NCBI GenBank assembly: GCA_041309705.1
Contig: JBFYZC010000063.1
Span: 1 to 25,594, forward strand
DNA: 25,594 bases
Direction of reading: 5' to 3'
From: Bacillota bacterium
GTDB lineage: Bacteria; Bacillota; UBA4882; UBA8346
Position numbers and translations under genes: made by a program. The stretch's first letter is position 1, and the number at the start of each line of letters is the position of its first letter. The notes beneath the pieces are model-generated. The model made no database searches and was not told where the DNA came from. It saw nothing but the letters and a program-made list of their open reading frames with translations. Positions 24,846-25,594 of the stretch are shown here, in pieces.

Positions 24846-25594
24846 ATGAAATACTTTGTAATAATTGGGGGAATCATACTAATAGCTACTTTGTTTTTAT
24901 TCTTAAAAGGTGGTGAGTCCAGCATGAGTCAGAGTAATAATCAATCGTGTCCGACTGAGTATAGCGAGGCAGAGCTGAAAAAACTCCTCACTCCGGAGCA
25001 GTATCGGGTGGTCAAGGAGAATGGTACCGAAGCAGCGTTTCAAAATGAGTACTGGAATAATAAAAAGCCAGGTATCTATGTGGATGTAGTCTCTGGTGAG
25101 CCACTGTTTAGCTCAACGGAGAAGTTTGATTCTGGCAGTGGGTGGCCGAGTTTTACGATTCCGATTGCCACGAAAAAGTTACAACAGATCAAAGATACCA
25201 GCTATGGAATGACACGAACTGAAGTACGAAGCAACAAAGCAAACTCTCATCTAGGGCATCTGTTTGATGATGGACCAACAGAGAGTACTGGCTTGAGATA
25301 CTGTATCAACTCGGCTGCTTTGAAGTTTATTCCGGCAGCAGAGATGGAAAAGCAGGGCTATCAAGATTATATGTATCTTTTTCCGGAAGTTTATGCTGCC
25401 AAACGAGATTGGAATTATATTATTTTTGGAGCGGGCTGTTTTTGGGGAACGGAAGCTTACTTTGCCAAAGTAAAGGGAGTCAAAGAAGTAATTTCTGGCT
25501 ATTCGGGTGGGAAGCTGCCCTATCCTTCGTATCAGCAGGTTTCGGCAGCGAAGACTGGTCATGCTGAGAGTGTGCTAGTCTATTATGATGAAAA
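24846..25594 (+). CDS. msrAB: Membrane-anchored methionine sulfoxide reductase fusion MsrB-MsrA (3' partial; absent from the ORF track)
   Basis: Translated by hand: [21 protein letters not shown] anchor; [41 protein letters not shown] (MsrB); GAGCFWG, GYSGG, TGHAE (MsrA); runs off the window. Confidence 0.95.
   Translation, partial: MKYFVIIGGIILIATLFLFLKGGESSMSQSNNQSCPTEYSEAELKKLLTPEQYRVVKENGTEAAFQNEYWNNKKPGIYVDVVSGEPLFSSTEKFDSGSGWPSFTIPIATKKLQQIKDTSYGMTRTEVRSNKANSHLGHLFDDGPTESTGLRYCINSAALKFIPAAEMEKQGYQDYMYLFPEVYAAKRDWNYIIFGAGCFWGTEAYFAKVKGVKEVISGYSGGKLPYPSYQQVSAAKTGHAESVLVYYDE

Noticed and set aside
711-25562. Short ORF-track entries (e.g. 711-938, 1218-1445, 2670-2960, 3930-4112, 4620-5963 set, 7886-8104, 8539-9073, 10359-10559, 16151-16333, 17473-17736, 19496-19687, 20734-20949, 21867-22127, 22823-23068, 25251-25562)
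   Set aside because: Antisense or alternate-frame shadows of well-supported genes, with no recognisable motifs. 25251-25562 is antisense to the real msrB-msrA gene.

Overview
AT-rich chromosomal window from a spore-forming, probably anaerobic and cellulolytic Bacillota (Firmicutes) member, inferred from ypeB, nfnAB, Gram-positive-type LexA/sigma motifs and CBM3 cellulases. In order: Gfo/Idh/MocA oxidoreductase; amtB-glnK (minus strand); a dockerin-free cellulase pair, CBM3-GH5 then GH9-CBM3c-Ig-CBM3b (minus); ypeB without sleB; a thioredoxin-CcdA fusion; a radical-SAM/HhH + DUF4130 (TIGR03916/TIGR03915-type) pair behind a sigma-A promoter and LexA box; a DnaA-box cluster; an orphan holin-like gene; nfnAB; a five-gene operon (TauC-like permease, ABC ATPase, coiled-coil protein, membrane-anchored PspA-like protein, substrate-binding protein fused to an OmpA-like peptidoglycan-binding domain); small accessory genes including a HAD remnant; and a membrane-anchored MsrB-MsrA fusion cut by the window end. 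Best leads: (1) the five-gene ABC/PspA/OmpA operon; (2) a ~102-bp palindromic repeat present three times, once nested inside itself with compensatory base changes in the leader of the putative SOS operon; (3) five DnaA boxes far from any dnaA gene. No rRNA, tRNA, CRISPR array or transposase was seen. All family calls come from motif recognition by eye; no database searches were run.
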